Shown piece by piece: positions 9,935-13,000 of a DNA stretch of 13,000 nt. Source of the stretch: Oopsacas minuta (Eukaryota > Animalia > Porifera); assembly GCA_024704765.1 (NCBI GenBank), contig JAKMXF010000150.1:1-13000 (forward strand), read 5' to 3'. A model generated the notes under the pieces. The model did no database searches. It was given only the letters and a program-made list of their open reading frames with translations, and was not told where the DNA came from. Position 1 is the stretch's first letter. The number at the start of each line of letters is the position of its first letter. The position numbers and the translations under genes are program-made.

Positions 9935-10691
9935 CTGGTGTGATAGAACCTGAGCCATCAGATAACCAATATGGTTGAAGTTTAGAAAAATTTGTTATTG
10001 AAGAATTCGGTCGGGGACCTTCGTCAATACTAAGTAGGTTAGGGAATGAAGAATCCTTTGAATTTTTGAGACATATAGGAACAATTTCTGCTTCGAATTT
10101 ATGATCAATGATAGCTTGAGATGAAAGAAGGTGTGAGCGTAATGAATATTCATCTTGTTCCAATCTAGATATACCATATAACTTAGCTATTCGTTCAGCA
10201 GTAATACCCATTGGTTCATTATAAGTTGGATCGATTAATGAATCATTCAGCATAGTATCGATTAATGAAGTATTGCCAAACTTCATGGATCTTCGCAACA
10301 AAACAGCATGTGGGGAAAGGCTCATATTTTCTTGTCCTCCAGCAAGAATAAAAGTTCCACTCCCTGCACGTAAGGATTGAAACCCCAAAATAACAGATTT
10401 TAAACCAGATATACAAGCCATATTGACAGTGAAAGCAGGAATTGAGGGAGGAAAATTGGATAAGAGAGCTGCTTGTCTAGCAGGATTTAAACCATGTCCA
10501 GCGGTAAGTATTTGCCCTAAAATAATTTCAGAAACGTACTCTTTCAAAATTTTCCCTCGATAGATACATTCATTTAAGACATAAGAGCCAAGTTTAGAAG
10601 GAGTTTCGGAACACATCTGTCCATTGAACTTTGAAATTGGAGTACGGACTGCAGAAAGTACAAATATGTCATTGGCCAAACTATTCGACAT
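9935..10691 (-). CDS. ACAT2: Acetyl-CoA C-acetyltransferase (thiolase, cytosolic ACAT2-like), N-terminal-domain exon only
   Basis: Uninterrupted frame from the likely ATG at 10691 (MSNSLANDIFVLSAVRTPI) through GQILTAGHGLNPARQAA, NMACISGLKSV (acetyl-accepting Cys), GGQENMS, MGITAE, EQDEYSLRSH, EIVP and DEGPRP to SKLQPYWLSDGSGSITPG. Similarity stops at a candidate phase-1 GT donor (9934-9933). Unspliced read-through ends at the stop at 9906-9908. Confidence 0.9.
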
Positions 10692-10702
10692 AAGCGACCA
10701 GT

Positions 10703-10753
10703 CTATAAAACGAAAGAAAAAGAATTGACAGATAAGAAAAGTACATATTGTAC
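10703..10753 (-). other. Putative 51-nt intron upstream of the thiolase ATG
   Basis: Minus strand GTACAA...TTCTTTTTCTTTCGTTTTATAG, with a strong pyrimidine tract. It accounts for the Phe-rich stretch in the tracked ORF's N-terminal extension. Confidence 0.5.
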
Positions 10754-11289
10754 CATCTATATCCATCAAAAACTTTGGAATATCTACGATAGAACTTGGA
10801 TAAGACGTACTCAGGCCACTCGCGGCGCGACATAGCAAGCGAAGCCGACTAGTTTATACTATTAAACGCCATTAATCTACCGTATGTATATGTAAATGTT
10901 TGCATGTTCATAAATGATTGAAGAAACTGGAGGACAAACAGGGATAATTTTTGGAATACAGGGGTAATTTGGGCCTGGCACAGACAACTTCGAGTCTTAG
11001 AAGAAAATTCGCACCTATGACGAAATTATGAGGCCATTTTCACATTTTTTAATTTTCGAAAATTCACATTATTAACCACTGCTCGATATATTATGATAAT
11101 TTAATATTGTTCGAGGCACATAGTCTGTAGTTTAACATTCCACAGACGTACATCATTATATTGTTACTATTACATATCTAACCATTAATATACAAAAGTA
11201 ACTTGGATAATTAAGTAAGTTCGAACTTAGTTTTCATTGTTTTCGAGTTGTTGTAGAGTTATCATAAATATTACATTCAAGTCGTTGTA

Positions 11290-11578
11290 CAGGGGCACAC
11301 AAGTTTTGCAACAAAATTGAAATATTCATTGAATACATAAAAGAGAAGTACAACTCTAAAGCCTGACTAAGAATAATAAACTATACCTAATTACATAATT
11401 TCAATACAGTTTGAATCTAGTTGATTTCAAATCAATTCTCTGGGCCTACAAACAACACACTCTGTCCAGGAACAAATTGGAGGCCCGGGATACTTCATTT
11501 TGGTCTAGTTCAGATCAAACTTTGGATAAACAAGTTTAAGTACTGGAATATAATCGTATGATCCATTACACAGGCCTA
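11290..11578 (-). mobile_element. 3' fragment of a maT/mariner-like element with its terminal repeat
   Basis: Degraded minus-strand C-terminus ACVMDHT..(frameshift)TCLSKV*SELDQNEVSRASNLFLDRV..(frameshift)FEIN*. The terminus TA-CAGGGGCACACAAGTTTTGCAACAAAATT at 11288 onward resembles the end at 1132, sharing AAGTTyTGCAACAAAATT. Confidence 0.65.
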
Positions 11579-11804
11579 TAAAAAATGTTATATTGCAGTT
11601 GTTTATATTTGATCACTGGTTTAGGCTAATTTATGTGCGCTGATTCTGAATATCTATTCAGTTTTTTCTTATCACGTCAGGTTTTTTCACAACCATATAG
11701 CTCCATTTTCAGAAAGATTTCAATTTTTGCCAAAAGTTCATCATGATTACACATTACAACAATAACATTATGTACATAGTATATATACTCAAATAGTCTT
11801 ATTT

Positions 11805-11805
11805 N
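11805..11805. other. Ambiguous base, probable assembly join
   Basis: hAT transposase similarity stops exactly at this N. Confidence 0.65.
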
Positions 11806-13000
11806 TAACGAAAAGAAGTCCTGTGCTATAGGTAGACCCTTTATGAATTCGGCAAGAACAGGGTACAAGCGATGTGCACAGCAATGAATGTAAAGGACCA
11901 TTGGAGCAGATACTCTCAATCGCGCCTGGACACCTGAACACCTGCCACTCATAACAGATGCTCCGTCGTAGCACTGACACACACAGTTTTCTGGAAATAG
12001 GTTGCAGCTCTGAATCACATTACAGATATACTTATAGAGTGATCCTGCATCCATTTGTTCTGCAAAGGTATACCCAATAAAACGCTCATAAACGCTGCCA
12101 TTGTTAACATAGCGTAAGACAATTGAAAGTTGCTCCTTCCGACTAATATCTTTGGTTTTATCTGCGAGCAACGAGTAAATACCGCCTTTGTACCTCATTG
12201 GATATAGTCTGCAAAACCATATCGCCCATTACACCCAGAAGCTCGTTTTGAATTTCAGGTGAAGTGTACTTTGCATTCTGTGGATCTTCTTTGATACGTT
12301 TCCCCACTATCTGATCATGATTACCAATAAAAGTCAGTAATGATCGAAAATTTCCAGGATTCAAAGACTCTCTGGTCTCATCATGTCCCCTCAGTGCTAT
12401 TTCATGCCTTGCGCATAGAAGGATAATCTCCGCAATGGTTTTGACATAGTGACGATTTTCATTTGTTACATTCTCTCCGATTTTGTCTAGACTACGAGTT
12501 ATTGTTGTTCCATGCTGAATGTTGGCCTTGTATTCTTCCAAAGTAGGGACAGCCTCCACATGTGCCATACTCTTTCTGTGCTCAATCAATCTTCCTTTTT
12601 GACCAGTAGCAAGTTTCCAGTCCCTAAGACCAACTTGTGTGAAAGGTGCATCTGGCCGATTCAAGCGACTGGTAAACCATCGACATGGTAAGCAATAGGT
12701 TGCATCTCAGTTAACAGAATATTCAAGCCAAGAGTAGGTCTTATACCAATCTGGATTAAATGAGCGGAGTTTTCCTCCAAACTTAGTTGTAGGGAATTTA
12801 ATAGGAGGTTGCTTTGGTATATCTGATAAGTACAGCGCAATATCTATAGTGATACATATTTGAAATGTACAGAGGCATATAATGAATATATGTAGATAGA
12901 GGGTTTCTATGATATCTCACCTTGACATTCCTCAGTTGTATCTGTGGGAATAGTGCCGCTCTCAAACCTTCGCTCTGCACTGCTCGCTGTTGGTGAATCT
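11806..13000 (-). pseudogene. hAT transposase pseudogene (ZMYM1-like / DUF4371 type with TTF zinc finger), partial
   Basis: PKQPPIKFPTTKFGGKLRSFNPDWY..WLEYSVN*DATYCLPCRWF (TTF-type finger with one TGA), DWK, HRKSMAH, EIALRGHDE, NPGNFRSLL, NAKYTSPEIQNEL, a frameshift near 12188, YSLLADKTKDISRKEQLSIVLRYV, QCYDGASVMSG, and YIHCCAHRL (CxxH). Truncated at the N at 11805 and runs off the window end. Confidence 0.93.
12844..12920 (-). other. Putative 77-nt intron in the hAT transposase gene
   Basis: Donor CAAG|GTGAGA and acceptor CACTATAG|AT. Splicing joins ...TTEECQ to DIALYLSDIPKQPP in the transposase frame (phase 1). Confidence 0.7.

Noticed and set aside
10957-10990. TACAGGGGTAATTTGGGCC as another transposon end
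   Set aside because: I found no inverted partner or associated coding remnant.
11216-11229. Perfect 14-bp palindrome TAAGTTCGAACTTA
   Set aside because: Palindromes of this length can arise by chance in 13 kb of AT-rich sequence, and there is no supporting context.
5547-11647. CACTGG(G/T)TTAGGCTAAT shared between 5547 and 11614, each followed by CTGATTC
   Set aside because: The match is short, needs a 9-nt gap, and does not extend on either side, so it may be chance in AT-rich DNA.
1149-12980. Short tracked ORFs such as 1149-1337, 1589-1777, 3396-3638, 3705-3917, 4024-4275, 5654-5875, 5844-6092, 6399-6584, 7614-7895, 7750-7947, 8227-8487, 9755-9958, 9995-10177, 11789-11980 and 12798-12980 as genes
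   Set aside because: They are antisense or off-frame shadows of transposon, pseudogene or thiolase sequence, or lie inside a MITE or repeat, and have no recognisable motifs.
1-13000. Assigning the source organism
   Set aside because: The transposon content and short introns fit several compact invertebrate genomes; nothing here is diagnostic.

Overview
AT-rich eukaryotic DNA, probably from an animal with short introns. It is dominated by decayed DNA transposons: two maT-like (DD37) Tc1/mariner remnants, a full-length but broken Tc1 (DD34E), a condensed Helitron Rep/helicase remnant, three hAT-type termini or MITEs, a hAT transposase pseudogene with an intron, and a Tc1/mariner-like MITE. Host-type content is (i) an uninterrupted exon for the N-terminal two-thirds of an ACAT2-like thiolase, whose C-terminal exon I could not find in the window, and (ii) a multi-exon + strand gene remnant that the ORF track misses and I could not identify. 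Two single Ns (5421, 11805) sit at abrupt changes of sequence type and are probably assembly joins. I found no convincing novel system. The best leads are the hidden gene remnants and the half-thiolase arrangement. All translations and alignments were done by eye; no database search was run.
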